Under the pieces are notes generated by a model. That model did no database searches, was not told the DNA's origin, and saw nothing but the letters and a program-made list of their open reading frames with translations. DNA of 64,000 bases, taken from assembly GCA_963835575.1 (NCBI GenBank), contig CAWIGG010000002.1, forward strand, positions 128,001-192,000, in the 5' to 3' direction. This DNA comes from an uncultured Spirochaetota bacterium. GTDB lineage: Bacteria; Spirochaetota; Brevinematia; Brevinematales; JAOACQ01. The position numbers were made by a program, and so were the translations under genes. Shown piece after piece: positions 49,413 through 59,496 of the stretch. Each line of letters starts with the position of its first letter. Within the stretch, counting starts at the first letter, position 1.

Positions 49413-51008
49413 ATGAAAGAGTTATTATCGGGAAACGAAGCTATCGCAAGAGGCGCATATGAGGCGGACGTCTGGGTTGCCGCGGGTTATCCAGGAACGC
49501 CGAGTTCGGAAATAATCGAGACATTGAGTGAAAAATATCCTGAAATAAACTCCGAATGGAGCGTCAATGAAAAGGTGGCCCTTGAAATAGGGCTCGGCTC
49601 TTCTATAGCCGGGGTCAAATCGCTTGTCACAATGAAGCATGTCGGTTTAAATGTGGCCGCGGATCCGCTTTTGACAGCGGCATACACAGGAATTAATGAA
49701 GGGCTGGTCATAGTTGCGGCGGATGATCCCGGTATGCATTCCTCACAGAATGAACAGGATACGCGGAATTACGCCAAATTCGCCAAACTGCCGCTTTTTG
49801 AACCTGCGGACAGCCAGGAAGCGAAGGATTTTGTAAAAACAGCTTTTGATGTTTCAAAAGAATTCGATTCGGCTGTGATTCTCCGCCCTGTTACCCGCAT
49901 CTCTCATACTAAAGGGGTTGTTGAATTATCCGGAGGAGCAAGAAAAAAACCTTCCTATCAATATAAAAGGGATATTGCCAAATATGTCATGGTGCCGGCT
50001 AACGCCATACCGAGGCATGGGATCCTGCTTGAAAAGTATTCGCGGCTCTGCCGGTACTCCAATCAGTTTGAAGGCAACAGAATAGAGTATAACAGTAAAG
50101 ATATCGGGATCATAACCCATGGGCTTATTTATCAATATGTAAAAGAAGCGCTGCCGCATGCCAGTATTATGAAAATTGCAATGTATCCCCTGCCCATGGA
50201 AAAAATTAAAGAATTCGCCGCTTCAGTAAAAACTCTTTATGTAGTTGAAGAACTCGATCCGATTATAGAAGAAGAAGTCAGGGCAAACGGCATACCGGTT
50301 ATCGGCAAGCAGATTATTCCCATGACAGGCGAGCTTTCGGTTGATATTATCAGGCGCGCTTTTGATAAAAAGGAAAATAAGACAAAGAGAGAAGATCAAA
50401 AACTTCCCGCCCGCCCTCCGGTCCTCTGCAAAGGCTGCGGCCATATACCCGTTTTTGAGGTATTAAGGGACATGAAGGCTGTTGTGCTGGGCGATATCGG
50501 CTGTTATACGCTGGGCGCGCTGCCTCCTTATCAGGCCATGGACACGACGGTCTGCATGGGCGCGAGTGTCGGCAATGAAATCGGGTTTAAAAAAGCCGCG
50601 CGGCTTACCGGACAGAAGATCATTTCGGCGGGAGTGATCGGTGATTCGACTTTTTATCATTCCGGTATGACAAGCCTGCTTAATGCTGTTTATAACAGAA
50701 CGCCGATTACCCTGATCATTCTGGATAATCATATCACCGCCATGACCGGGCATCAGCCTAACATAGGGACATCCCTTGACAATAAATTTCAGGAGACGAT
50801 GGAAATCGATCTGGAAAACCTTGTGAAAGGTCTCGGCGTTAAAAGAGTGAGGAAGGTGAATGCTTATAAAAAAGAGGAATTGAAAAAAGTGATACAGGAA
50901 GAAATTAACGCGGAAGAAGTTTCTGTTATTATTGTTGATGAGATCTGCGTTATCGGTGAGGCCCGGATTAGAAAAATCCATAATTTAAAAAAAGAGGGGG
51001 CTAAATGA
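49413..51008 (+). CDS. iorA: Indolepyruvate:ferredoxin oxidoreductase alpha subunit
   Basis: GNEAIARG, YPGTPSSE, MKHVGLNVAAD, SSQNEQD, RPPVLCKGCGH, GDIGCY, TAMTGHQ. Confidence 0.93.
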   Translation: MKELLSGNEAIARGAYEADVWVAAGYPGTPSSEIIETLSEKYPEINSEWSVNEKVALEIGLGSSIAGVKSLVTMKHVGLNVAADPLLTAAYTGINEGLVIVAADDPGMHSSQNEQDTRNYAKFAKLPLFEPADSQEAKDFVKTAFDVSKEFDSAVILRPVTRISHTKGVVELSGGARKKPSYQYKRDIAKYVMVPANAIPRHGILLEKYSRLCRYSNQFEGNRIEYNSKDIGIITHGLIYQYVKEALPHASIMKIAMYPLPMEKIKEFAASVKTLYVVEELDPIIEEEVRANGIPVIGKQIIPMTGELSVDIIRRAFDKKENKTKREDQKLPARPPVLCKGCGHIPVFEVLRDMKAVVLGDIGCYTLGALPPYQAMDTTVCMGASVGNEIGFKKAARLTGQKIISAGVIGDSTFYHSGMTSLLNAVYNRTPITLIILDNHITAMTGHQPNIGTSLDNKFQETMEIDLENLVKGLGVKRVRKVNAYKKEELKKVIQEEINAEEVSVIIVDEICVIGEARIRKIHNLKKEGAK

Positions 51009-52528
51009 CAGTCGGCTTAATCTCATATGTAATCAGCATCAGCTTCTGTCTTTTTCTCATAGTTCAATCTTTAATTTATTACTTTTTTTTATCAGGAAAT
51101 TCCGAATTAAAACAGTCAAGAAATGACCTGCCTTTTATCATACTCATTGCCATATCAGTTTTTACCTGCCTTATAATGGGCGTATTCAGCTATCTCTATC
51201 CCGGTATGGCAGCGCTTTTTGATAAACTGGAAGTCATATCCGGTATTGTCGCGCTCTTTTTCTATGTCATGCTTCTCCGTTTTATTTCTGTCGCCATCAA
51301 GGATATGACCTTTGTGGAAACAGACGGGTATAAAAAGAAAAACAGGATTTATCTTATTCTTTTTTTCATTCTATGCTTACTCTCCATACTGTCAGTCGTC
51401 ATTTTTTATTTCAATAAAAATATCAGCGGCTATTATATAGGATTTCAGTTTTTCTTTATACTGATACTTATTATAATAGGCATCATAGAACAGACTGAAT
51501 TTAATAAAATACTTAAAAAAGAAATAGGCAAGATGAGCACGATGCATTCACTCCGCTATAAAACGATGCTCTGGACAGGCGGCGCAGTTCTTATAACCGG
51601 AATTGCCGAAATGTTTTTATACATTATGAATATGAGGGAATTTTATGTCATCTACGGTTCGCCTATGGCCTATGGGGTCTGTATCATGATGATAGGCTTA
51701 AGCCTGAATTTTGTATATGAATATATGGACGCGATGAAAAGAGCCAATGAGACGAATAAAAAACTGACGGAGTTGAACCGCCAGATGATGGATGACGTTC
51801 GGACCGCCCAATCGCTGCAGATATCTCTTTTACCGCTTGACAAGCAGAAATTCATACAGAACTTTATCGATATGGAAATATCCTACATGCCGATGCAGAG
51901 CGTGGGCGGCGATTACTATGATTTTTATAAACTGGATGAAAACAATCTGCTTATTTTTTTAGGCGATGCTTCCGGTCATGGCGTGTATGCCGCCATGATA
52001 TGGGCCATCCTCAAAGTGGAAGTGGAAGAGTTGATAGAGAATAAATATTTCAATAACCTTGCGCAGGCTTTTACTTTGCTCAATCAGCGCATCACCCGCA
52101 TTCTGGAGAACACCTATTCATACGCCACATTATTTGCCTGTTCCATTAATCTGGAATCCAGGACCATCAATTTTATTTCCGCCGGGCATACCGACCAGCT
52201 GTATTTTTCAAAAGTTGACAAAGTCGTTAAAAGAGTGAGAAATAAAAACCCGATAATCGGGACTTTTAAAAACGCCAAATTTACCGCCGATTCGATCACA
52301 TGCAAAAGCGGGGATGTCCTTTTACTTTTCAGCGACGGGATAGTTGAGGGGATCAATCCGGACGGCAAACAGCTCGGGAAAGAAAGGCTTGAAAAGATAT
52401 TTCTTGAAGTAGCCAAACAGGGCGGCTCCGCTTCGGATATGATCAGCGCGCTTCTTCTGCACCTTGAGGATTTTTTTGAAGGGACTTTACAGAAGGATGA
52501 TAGAACGATAATGATCATTAAATTATAA
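51005..52528 (+). CDS. Multi-TM sensor with SpoIIE/RsbU-type PP2C phosphatase domain
   Basis: ~7 TM segments, coiled coil, VGGDYYD, GDASGHG, SAGH, FSDGIVE, DDRT. Confidence 0.88.
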   Translation: MTVGLISYVISISFCLFLIVQSLIYYFFLSGNSELKQSRNDLPFIILIAISVFTCLIMGVFSYLYPGMAALFDKLEVISGIVALFFYVMLLRFISVAIKDMTFVETDGYKKKNRIYLILFFILCLLSILSVVIFYFNKNISGYYIGFQFFFILILIIIGIIEQTEFNKILKKEIGKMSTMHSLRYKTMLWTGGAVLITGIAEMFLYIMNMREFYVIYGSPMAYGVCIMMIGLSLNFVYEYMDAMKRANETNKKLTELNRQMMDDVRTAQSLQISLLPLDKQKFIQNFIDMEISYMPMQSVGGDYYDFYKLDENNLLIFLGDASGHGVYAAMIWAILKVEVEELIENKYFNNLAQAFTLLNQRITRILENTYSYATLFACSINLESRTINFISAGHTDQLYFSKVDKVVKRVRNKNPIIGTFKNAKFTADSITCKSGDVLLLFSDGIVEGINPDGKQLGKERLEKIFLEVAKQGGSASDMISALLLHLEDFFEGTLQKDDRTIMIIKL

Positions 52529-52530
52529 AA

Positions 52531-52558
52531 GTAGAGACGCACGATTGTACGTCTCTAC
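52531..52558. repeat. REP-like palindrome
   Basis: GTAGAGACG-CACGATTGTA-CGTCTCTAC with GTAG terminal tetranucleotide. Confidence 0.6.
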
Positions 52559-52600
52559 TTTTATTTACAAATTACCTAATTCAAGGAAAAGGTTAATATT

Positions 52601-53179
52601 ATGCAGACAAAAAGTATAGTAATGTGCGGAGTAGGCGGACAGGGGATTGTCCTTGCATCGGATGTACTGTCGGGAGCCCTTTTTAAAACAGGATATGATG
52701 TTAAAAAAAATGAAATCCATGGGATGAGCCAGAGAGAAGGAGCTGTTTCAAGCTTTATCAGGTATGGGGATAAGGTCTATTCTCCCGTTGTCTCTCCGGG
52801 TGAGGCGGACTTTCTTATCGGTTTTGAAAAGCTGGAGGCCTTGAGGAACAAATTTTATTTAATACAGGACGGTTACGCCGTGATAAACAGCTTTGAAATC
52901 CCGCCGACCCCTGTTATTATGGGAACGGCTGAATACCCGAAGGAAATCGAAAAAAACTTTTCTGATGTTACTAAAAATGTGAAGATGGTAAACGCCCTTG
53001 AGGCGGTCAGGCCGCTTGGCAATGTGAAGGCGGTCAATACTCTGATCTTAGGGGTTATTTCAAAAGAGATTCCTGAGATAAGCCTGGATTGCTGGAAGAA
53101 AGCCATAGAAAGCTTTGTCAAACCGAATTTCGTAGAATTGAATTGGAAGGCATTTGAACTTGGAAGAAATCTGGAATAA
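52601..53179 (+). CDS. iorB: Indolepyruvate:ferredoxin oxidoreductase beta subunit
   Basis: GVGGQG, EIHGMSQREG.V, FEKLEALR, N.KAFELG. Confidence 0.92.
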   Translation: MQTKSIVMCGVGGQGIVLASDVLSGALFKTGYDVKKNEIHGMSQREGAVSSFIRYGDKVYSPVVSPGEADFLIGFEKLEALRNKFYLIQDGYAVINSFEIPPTPVIMGTAEYPKEIEKNFSDVTKNVKMVNALEAVRPLGNVKAVNTLILGVISKEIPEISLDCWKKAIESFVKPNFVELNWKAFELGRNLE

Positions 53180-53284
53180 CAAATAACAAAGCCTGAGCTT
53201 GGATTAAACCTTTCGACTGTGTTCCAGGCAGGCTCTTCCGATAGCAGTTCTGCGGCTATTAATGAAGAAGGAATAATAGATCGC

Positions 53285-53698
53285 AACCGCAGATTTCACA
53301 GAAAACACAAATTATAATTTTAGAAGTGTTCGTAAAATCATATTATAATTATGAATATGAAATAGACAAGGAACAATCTGAGAATATGAAATTATTGGCG
53401 TGGCAGGTCATTTCAAATAATTATTTTTGTAAAAAAAAGAAAATATAATATTTTTACTAAAATTCAATATGGATGGATTCGACTGTGCTCACCACAGGTT
53501 TCACGGAAAAATCCATAAAATCGGTGAAATCTGTGTAATGGTTCGACAAGCTTGGTTGGTGAGCCTGCAGACTGTGTGAAAACTATTTTTCGCCACGTAT
53601 TTATTGAAGTTACGGAACGAAAAATATAGAATTACGATGCAAAACACCGACTTTTCACACAGTCTGCTGCAGAACCACACCACGGCGTCTGTGGTTTC
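53285..53698. repeat. Periodic inverted-repeat cassette with nested REP-like units and MITE
   Basis: Left AACCGCAGATTTCACAGAAAACACAAAT; right AATCGGTGAAATCTGTGTAAT...TCTGTGGTTT interrupted by GGTTCGACAAGCT and GGTGAGCCTG|MITE|CTGCAGAACC. Confidence 0.65.
53568..53666. mobile_element. 99-bp MITE, copy 1
   Basis: Perfect 15-bp TIR CAGACTGTGTGAAAA / TTTTCACACAGTCTG; CTG target duplication; identical to 55602-55700. Confidence 0.85.
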
Positions 53699-53758
53699 AT
53701 CTCGTAAGATTGAAATGGTGTAATAAATAAAAGTTATTATAAATGCCTGGGGGGCACC

Positions 53759-54214
53759 ATGCATACGGTCTATATCTCAATCGGTTCCAACCTCGGTAAT
53801 AGAAAACAGAATATCCGCAAAGCCCTTGAGAAATTATCCTCTTCCGGAATTATAAAAAAATGTTCCAGGCCGTACCGGACGCTGCCTTACGGGCCTGTCA
53901 AACAGCCGGATTTTATCAACATGGCGGTGCAATTCGAAACCGCTCTTCAACCGCAGGCCCTATTAATAAAACTTCAGGAAATTGAAAAAGAGCTGGGAAG
54001 AGTAAAGACCGTACGCTGGGGAGAAAGAACGATAGACCTTGACATCATTTTTTTTGATGAAGCTGTAATAGAGGAAAAAACCCTGATCATTCCCCACCCC
54101 GATATGCACCGGCGTCTGTTTGTTCTGCGGCCCCTGATGGATATCTGCCCGGATTTTATCCACCCTGTCCTGAAAAAAGATATTAGAACACTCTATCGTG
54201 TATTGAAACAATAA
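53759..54214 (+). CDS. folK: 2-amino-4-hydroxy-6-hydroxymethyldihydropteridine diphosphokinase
   Basis: YISIGSNLG, QPDFIN, IEKELGR, RWGERTIDLDI, IPHP, RLFVLRPL. Confidence 0.95.
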   Translation: MHTVYISIGSNLGNRKQNIRKALEKLSSSGIIKKCSRPYRTLPYGPVKQPDFINMAVQFETALQPQALLIKLQEIEKELGRVKTVRWGERTIDLDIIFFDEAVIEEKTLIIPHPDMHRRLFVLRPLMDICPDFIHPVLKKDIRTLYRVLKQ

Positions 54215-54221
54215 AACCCAT

Positions 54222-55376
54222 CTATGCTTTTTTCTCCGCGGGTTTTGCCTTTTTCCGCAGGAGCCCCATCACCACCAGAGTTGTCATGACTGCCAGAAGT
54301 ATGACAAGGGCTATGATGTTATAAAATATGACGGCCAGCAGAATGGTGATAAAGGAAAGGACCAGGCTGACGACAAGGGTGACTATGGCCGCAAGACCTC
54401 TCCCTACTTGAGCGAGTAGCGGGATAAAATTTAAAAGAGAGGAAAGCGGCTGGAAGAGAGCCGTCAGTCCGAACCACATCATGAGAAATCCGACAATCCT
54501 GATGATCCAGCGGAGGAGTTTGTCGGACTGTGTCCAGGCATAAATCGCGAAGTCGCGGTCGCCTTCCCAGACATGATAGATCATCTGTTTACCCTTATAA
54601 AGGAAAGGCTGGAGTTTTTTGTCCGCCATTTTTCCGAAACCGGTAACAAGAATGTTTTTCGGTACGCCGCTGAAGCTGATCCGCATATCTCCGACCAGCG
54701 GGTCTTTAAGCGATCCTTTACCGATAAAAACATATTTTTCAGTTGTTTCAATATGGAAACCGGGTTTTTTATTCAGCGTCTTGAGAAACTCTTTTTTTAA
54801 AACAATATCACCGCTTGACGGAAGATGGATCTTCTGCGGGTCAATCGGATAGATGCCTATTTGAGCTGTTTTCACCATAAAAGAGGAGTTTTCCACGTCT
54901 TTTGAAGGATTGTTATGCCCCGCGGATTTCTTAAAGCTGGAGGAGTTTTCCGGACGGGAGTCCCATTCCTTAGAGTAGGAATATGTGGTTGTGGTTTCTT
55001 CCGTACCGCCCATCTTTTCCTTTTTTTCCGTTTTTTTATGTTCAACCCAGGCGAACATTTCCGTATGACGGTACAGGGCTATGTAATTTCCGCCTTTAAA
55101 AAACAGAGGGTCTTCAGCTTTTTCATTCGATTTCAACATACCTGTCAATGAGACCAGTTTTCCGTTAAATTTGGCCTGATTGATGGGTTTGCCGGCATCG
55201 GTGACGGCAATACTTTGTTCTTTGACTACCTTTGATAGATCGGTCCGGCCTTCATTCAGCCAGAGAACGGCAAAAGAACATAAAAACAACAAAATACCAA
55301 TGATTATTCCGCCGATGGATTCTGTTAACCGCTGGAAATAATTCTTGCTTGTGACTTCGACAACCTGATCTTCCAT
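54222..55376 (-). CDS. TMEM43-family (DUF1625) membrane protein
   Basis: LWLNEGR, GKLVSLTG, R.TEMFAW.E, GH.NP, VGD.RISF, C-terminal TMs. Confidence 0.85.
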   Translation of the reverse strand: MEDQVVEVTSKNYFQRLTESIGGIIIGILLFLCSFAVLWLNEGRTDLSKVVKEQSIAVTDAGKPINQAKFNGKLVSLTGMLKSNEKAEDPLFFKGGNYIALYRHTEMFAWVEHKKTEKKEKMGGTEETTTTYSYSKEWDSRPENSSSFKKSAGHNNPSKDVENSSFMVKTAQIGIYPIDPQKIHLPSSGDIVLKKEFLKTLNKKPGFHIETTEKYVFIGKGSLKDPLVGDMRISFSGVPKNILVTGFGKMADKKLQPFLYKGKQMIYHVWEGDRDFAIYAWTQSDKLLRWIIRIVGFLMMWFGLTALFQPLSSLLNFIPLLAQVGRGLAAIVTLVVSLVLSFITILLAVIFYNIIALVILLAVMTTLVVMGLLRKKAKPAEKKA

Positions 55377-55601
55377 AACAGCCTCCTATAAATATTTATT
55401 AAGGGTGATTCCAGGAAATTCCGCTATAATAATCTTAGAATTTCCGGATACGTCTTAAATATTAATATTAAGGACAAAGATGTTCTTGATTTTCAAGAAT
55501 TTCTTTTTTTTATAAGAGTCCTTAACTTAAAGTTTTATATTACCGTGCGGTTCCAAAACTTGTGATGTGGTCCGGCAGGCCAGATCCCTGCGGTTCGGTA
55601 A

Positions 55602-55700
55602 CAGACTGTGTGAAAACTATTTTTCGCCACGTATTTATTGAAGTTACGGAACGAAAAATATAGAATTACGATGCAAAACACCGACTTTTCACACAGTCTG
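55602..55700. mobile_element. 99-bp MITE, copy 2
   Basis: Identical to 53568-53666; TAA target duplication. Confidence 0.85.
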
Positions 55701-55931
55701 TAAGCTCGGTTCCCGAACAGCTCCGATGGATACCAGCCAAGTTTGTTGAACCAGCTCAAATTTTCAGCGCTGCCATTAAATTATAACTGGTAATAGATTA
55801 AGAATCAATACCTAAAATAAAAAAAGCTTAGAGCTGGAGCGTTCAGATCCTGATTTTTTTGTTGAGAATTCCTGATCTGAAACAAAGGTCTATTCTTTCC
55901 ATTTCATTGGTAAAAATTTCAGTACACCGTA

Positions 55932-57110
55932 TTAATTCAGCATTTTGTAAACGGATAACCGGACAAGCCCATAATTGTCTGAGAAAAAATTTCTATTGTC
56001 CCTTATAACAAAAATAAGATAATCATCTTTATCCAGATTAAACTTGATGGAATTTCCCAGGGCCAATTTTTCCGCCTCCTTCGCTGTGGAAAAGGGAGTA
56101 TCGTATCCTATTATATAATCCCATCCGGCCGGGTTGTCACTAACATTCCAGACAATGCTTTTATTCTGATAAATCAATACGTCGGTCCTATACTTCCCCG
56201 CGTTTACTGCCGCAGTATAAGCGCCTCCAGTTATGACAAACTGATAGCTGCCGGCGGTTTTTGCCGTATACCTGGTGCCGTTATTGTCAGAGCTCCGGAC
56301 TTCAATTTCATCGATCAGGTATTTATCGATTGTGATATTTGTAGACTTGCCCGGTTTTAAAAGCACATCGGCATTGAAAATATTTTTATTATTATCGATA
56401 TTCCTGACGCTGACAGTATAATCGGCATCCGCCAATATTTTCAAGCTGAGAGAAAAAGCTGTTTCGGGCAATTTTGCGACTGGCCTGTTATTGATTGTGA
56501 GTTCCAGGTTTTCACCCGCTATTTTCAAAATATTGATATTGATATGCGCCAGCTTCATTTCTTCATTGAGGATGGTTTTTGTGATTTGAGCGCTCATTTT
56601 ATCGACGGCGTCGAATAAATTGCTATCTGTAGGCGTAGTCAGGCTGTTTGTCAAGACGGTATGAGATATTTTACTCCATATTCTCAGATTGACATAGGTA
56701 GCGGGGCTTTCTTTATTCCCTTTTAATTCGTAATCGCCGAATACAATAAATTCGCATTGATATTGATCGGCAATATCAGTCAGATTTTCATTGGATATGA
56801 CTATATTTGTTAAAATTGATTTATCCGGAAGATCTATTGCCGGTATAAAGGAGAAAAAGCTGTAAAAAGAAGTGAAGATAATTGTTTTTATGAGATTATT
56901 ATTCGGGAATTCTTCTTGTCCGGTCCTATATTCAAAGGGAACAATTAGAATTTTATGGATTTTCTTTTCTTTTTCGGAAGAGACGGCAGTTTTTAAATAA
57001 TAATCTTTTTCCCCGCTGCCTTTGACAGGCAATTTTGATCCGCAGGAGAAAAGGAAGAAAACTATTGTCAACAATAGAACCGGCGCTAATATTCGATGAA
57101 CATATCTCAT
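55932..57110 (-). CDS. Multi-domain lipoprotein (TolB-N/CsgG-like N-domain, beta-rich C-domains)
   Basis: LFS-C lipobox, KILIVPFE...EFIVFGDY pattern; GGAGG RBS. Confidence 0.7.
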   Translation of the reverse strand: MRYVHRILAPVLLLTIVFFLFSCGSKLPVKGSGEKDYYLKTAVSSEKEKKIHKILIVPFEYRTGQEEFPNNNLIKTIIFTSFYSFFSFIPAIDLPDKSILTNIVISNENLTDIADQYQCEFIVFGDYELKGNKESPATYVNLRIWSKISHTVLTNSLTTPTDSNLFDAVDKMSAQITKTILNEEMKLAHININILKIAGENLELTINNRPVAKLPETAFSLSLKILADADYTVSVRNIDNNKNIFNADVLLKPGKSTNITIDKYLIDEIEVRSSDNNGTRYTAKTAGSYQFVITGGAYTAAVNAGKYRTDVLIYQNKSIVWNVSDNPAGWDYIIGYDTPFSTAKEAEKLALGNSIKFNLDKDDYLIFVIRDNRNFFSDNYGLVRLSVYKMLN

Positions 57111-57477
57111 AAAACCTCCAATAGTTTTACTAAATTAAATTATAATAGGCGATAATTTAAGAATCAATCCTGAAATAGTAATAAATTTTGATGGCAAAAT
57201 ACATAAAAAGATATGTTGATGCGGATCCGGAAAATGTTTCAATAGGGTATTCAGTGCCTGCTGTAAATGATGATCAGTATCAATTTATATTAAAATATGA
57301 TGTGAAGTGAAAGCGGAATTTAATAATAACCCGAATTATTTTTTCCACTGTCATTGAAAAATACTTGGCAGAAAACCTATCAGTAATTTAAATCAATTCA
57401 AATTATTATAACCTCTCACCTGAAATTTTGAACTATTATCAGTTATGACTATTGATACAATATTTTATCAATATTAC

Positions 57478-57526
57478 TTGAAATGAATTTATAAATATGT
57501 TAATATATTAATGCAAATGAATCTCA
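57478..57526 (+). promoter_or_regulatory. feoB promoter with Fur-box-like site
   Basis: TTGAAA-N17-TAATAT followed by TGCAAAT-G-AATCTCA (7-1-7 Fur-like); palindrome ATTGATA..TATCAAT at 57451-57472. Confidence 0.5.
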
Positions 57527-57546
57527 ATAGCAATAAAAGAGGGATT

Positions 57547-59487
57547 ATGAACTACGATGATAAAATAAACGCCATGCTGATCGGTAATGTCAATACCGGT
57601 AAAACCACGCTGTTCAACTGGCTGACAGGTAAAAACAGGAAAGAAATTTCAGACAGGAATTTTGCAGTTAGTTATCAAATGGCGAATTTAAAAGGATCCA
57701 ACGGTATCATTTATGATATTCCCGGCATATCAGGCCTTATGATTCAGAATGAGGAAGAAAAACTTGCCATGGATATTATTATGAATAAGGATATCAATAC
57801 AATCATACAGGTCCTGGATGCTAAAAATATCAGGCGCAGCCTTGTCCTTGCGCTGCAAATGGCTGAATTTGAAATACCGTTGATCTTCAATATAAATATG
57901 GTTGATGAAGCTCAATCAAGAGGAATAAAAATCGACAGCCGCAAATTGGGAAATAAATTGGGAATAAAAGTAAATGAGACAATAGCGAATGAACGGGAGG
58001 GAATCGGTAAATTGTTTTCCATGATAAATGAGGGGAAAGTCATCAGGACTCCGGTGAGTTTTAATGACCGGATCGAAGATGCTATCCGGCGCATAGAATC
58101 ATTACTGGAACATTCCGTTTTTTCCAGGAGGGCGCTGGCAATATTACTCATATATAAGAATAATTATATTGAAGAGTATATACAAAAAAAATTCGGCGGC
58201 GGCGTAATGGAAAAATGCCTGAAAATTGTCTCCGATCTGGAAAGAACGAATCATAAGCCGCCCGGGTTGATTATGTCGGAATATTATTTTTCCTATGCGA
58301 ACCGCCTCGCGGATTTGATATCAAACAAGGTTGAAATACAAAAAACGCCCCTCCGTTCGGCAATCAGCCGGTATACAACCGGATTAATTCCCGGAATTCC
58401 AATTGCCGTCATTATCGGCATCGCTATGTTTTTTTTCGTGGGAAAATTCGGGGCCCAGGTCTTAGTTGATCTTCTGGATGGAAAATTATTTAAAGGGTTT
58501 ATTATTCCCTCTGCCGTAAATATTTTAAAGCCGTTGAATAACAGCCTGATCACTGATTTTTTCTGCGGAGAATTCGGAATTATCAGCGTCGGTCTTGCGC
58601 TCTCATTCGGCGTTGTGTTTCCCGTTCTTTTGACTTTCTATATCTTCTTCGGGTTTCTCGAGGATTCGGGATACATGCCGAGGTTTTCCATCCTCCTGGA
58701 TAAGGTTTTCAGACGGATAGGATTGAATGGGAAGGGGGTTCTGCCGATCATGATGGGTTTCAGTTGCATCACAATGGCAATCCTGACGACAAGAATGCTT
58801 GATACAAAAAAAGAAAAGATTATTATTACCATGATTTTAATACTGGGAATTCCCTGCGCACCGCTGCTTTCGGTTATGTTCGTTCTTTTCGGAAAACTGC
58901 GATGGACTGCTGTTCTTGTGGTATTCGGTGTTATCCTGTTTCAGATATTGCTGGTGGGTTTTATTCTGAACCTGGTATTACCTGGAAAGCGGGGTGATTT
59001 TATTATGGAGGTGCCGGACATACGAATGCCGCTGCTGCTGCCGATATTTAAAAAGGCTATGCTGCGCATAAAAAGCTTTTTGATCGAGGCTGTGCCTATT
59101 TTCTTGATAACTTCTGTTATTCTGTTTATCTTTGATAAACTTGGTGGGCTGAATTTATTACGTATCGTTTTCAAACCAATTGTGCAGAGTATCTTCGGGC
59201 TGCCGGGAGAAAGTGTCGAAGTATTAGTTATGACGATTATCAGAAGGGAAGCCGGGGCGGCTTTATTAAATAAATATTTCGAAAGCGGTATATACAATGG
59301 ATTACAAACCGTCGTCATGATGATCATTATGACTATATTAATTCCGTGCATCAATTCAATCATTATCATGTTTAAAGAATACGGCCTGAAAACCGTGCTG
59401 GCCGCTGTTGGTTTTGCCCTTCCTTATTCGTTTCTTATCGGTGCGGTTGTAAACTTTGTACTGACTGTTTTGAAAATTAAATTTTAG
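57547..59487 (+). CDS. feoB: Ferrous iron transporter B
   Basis: GNVNTGKTT, DIPG, NMVD, LEDSGYMPR, GFSC, IPC gate motifs; ATG 57547 after GAGGG. Confidence 0.9.
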   Translation: MNYDDKINAMLIGNVNTGKTTLFNWLTGKNRKEISDRNFAVSYQMANLKGSNGIIYDIPGISGLMIQNEEEKLAMDIIMNKDINTIIQVLDAKNIRRSLVLALQMAEFEIPLIFNINMVDEAQSRGIKIDSRKLGNKLGIKVNETIANEREGIGKLFSMINEGKVIRTPVSFNDRIEDAIRRIESLLEHSVFSRRALAILLIYKNNYIEEYIQKKFGGGVMEKCLKIVSDLERTNHKPPGLIMSEYYFSYANRLADLISNKVEIQKTPLRSAISRYTTGLIPGIPIAVIIGIAMFFFVGKFGAQVLVDLLDGKLFKGFIIPSAVNILKPLNNSLITDFFCGEFGIISVGLALSFGVVFPVLLTFYIFFGFLEDSGYMPRFSILLDKVFRRIGLNGKGVLPIMMGFSCITMAILTTRMLDTKKEKIIITMILILGIPCAPLLSVMFVLFGKLRWTAVLVVFGVILFQILLVGFILNLVLPGKRGDFIMEVPDIRMPLLLPIFKKAMLRIKSFLIEAVPIFLITSVILFIFDKLGGLNLLRIVFKPIVQSIFGLPGESVEVLVMTIIRREAGAALLNKYFESGIYNGLQTVVMMIIMTILIPCINSIIIMFKEYGLKTVLAAVGFALPYSFLIGAVVNFVLTVLKIKF

Positions 59488-59496
59488 AGGTATCGT

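Noticed and set aside
54222..55376. Eukaryote-like TMEM43 as a horizontal transfer novelty
   Set aside because: Bacterial DUF1625/TMEM43 homologs are already known
53501..55759. Two small ORFs sharing RLCEKSVFCIVILYFSFRNFNKYVAKNSFHTVC
   Set aside because: This is the translation of the 99-bp MITE, not a protein family
2760..55760. CRISPR array or integron attC sites
   Set aside because: The repeats are dispersed inverted pairs, not regularly spaced direct repeats; no cas or integrase gene is present
55540..55760. Possible tRNA or ncRNA around GGTTC motifs
   Set aside because: No cloverleaf; the GGTTCG belongs to the REP-like target of the MITE
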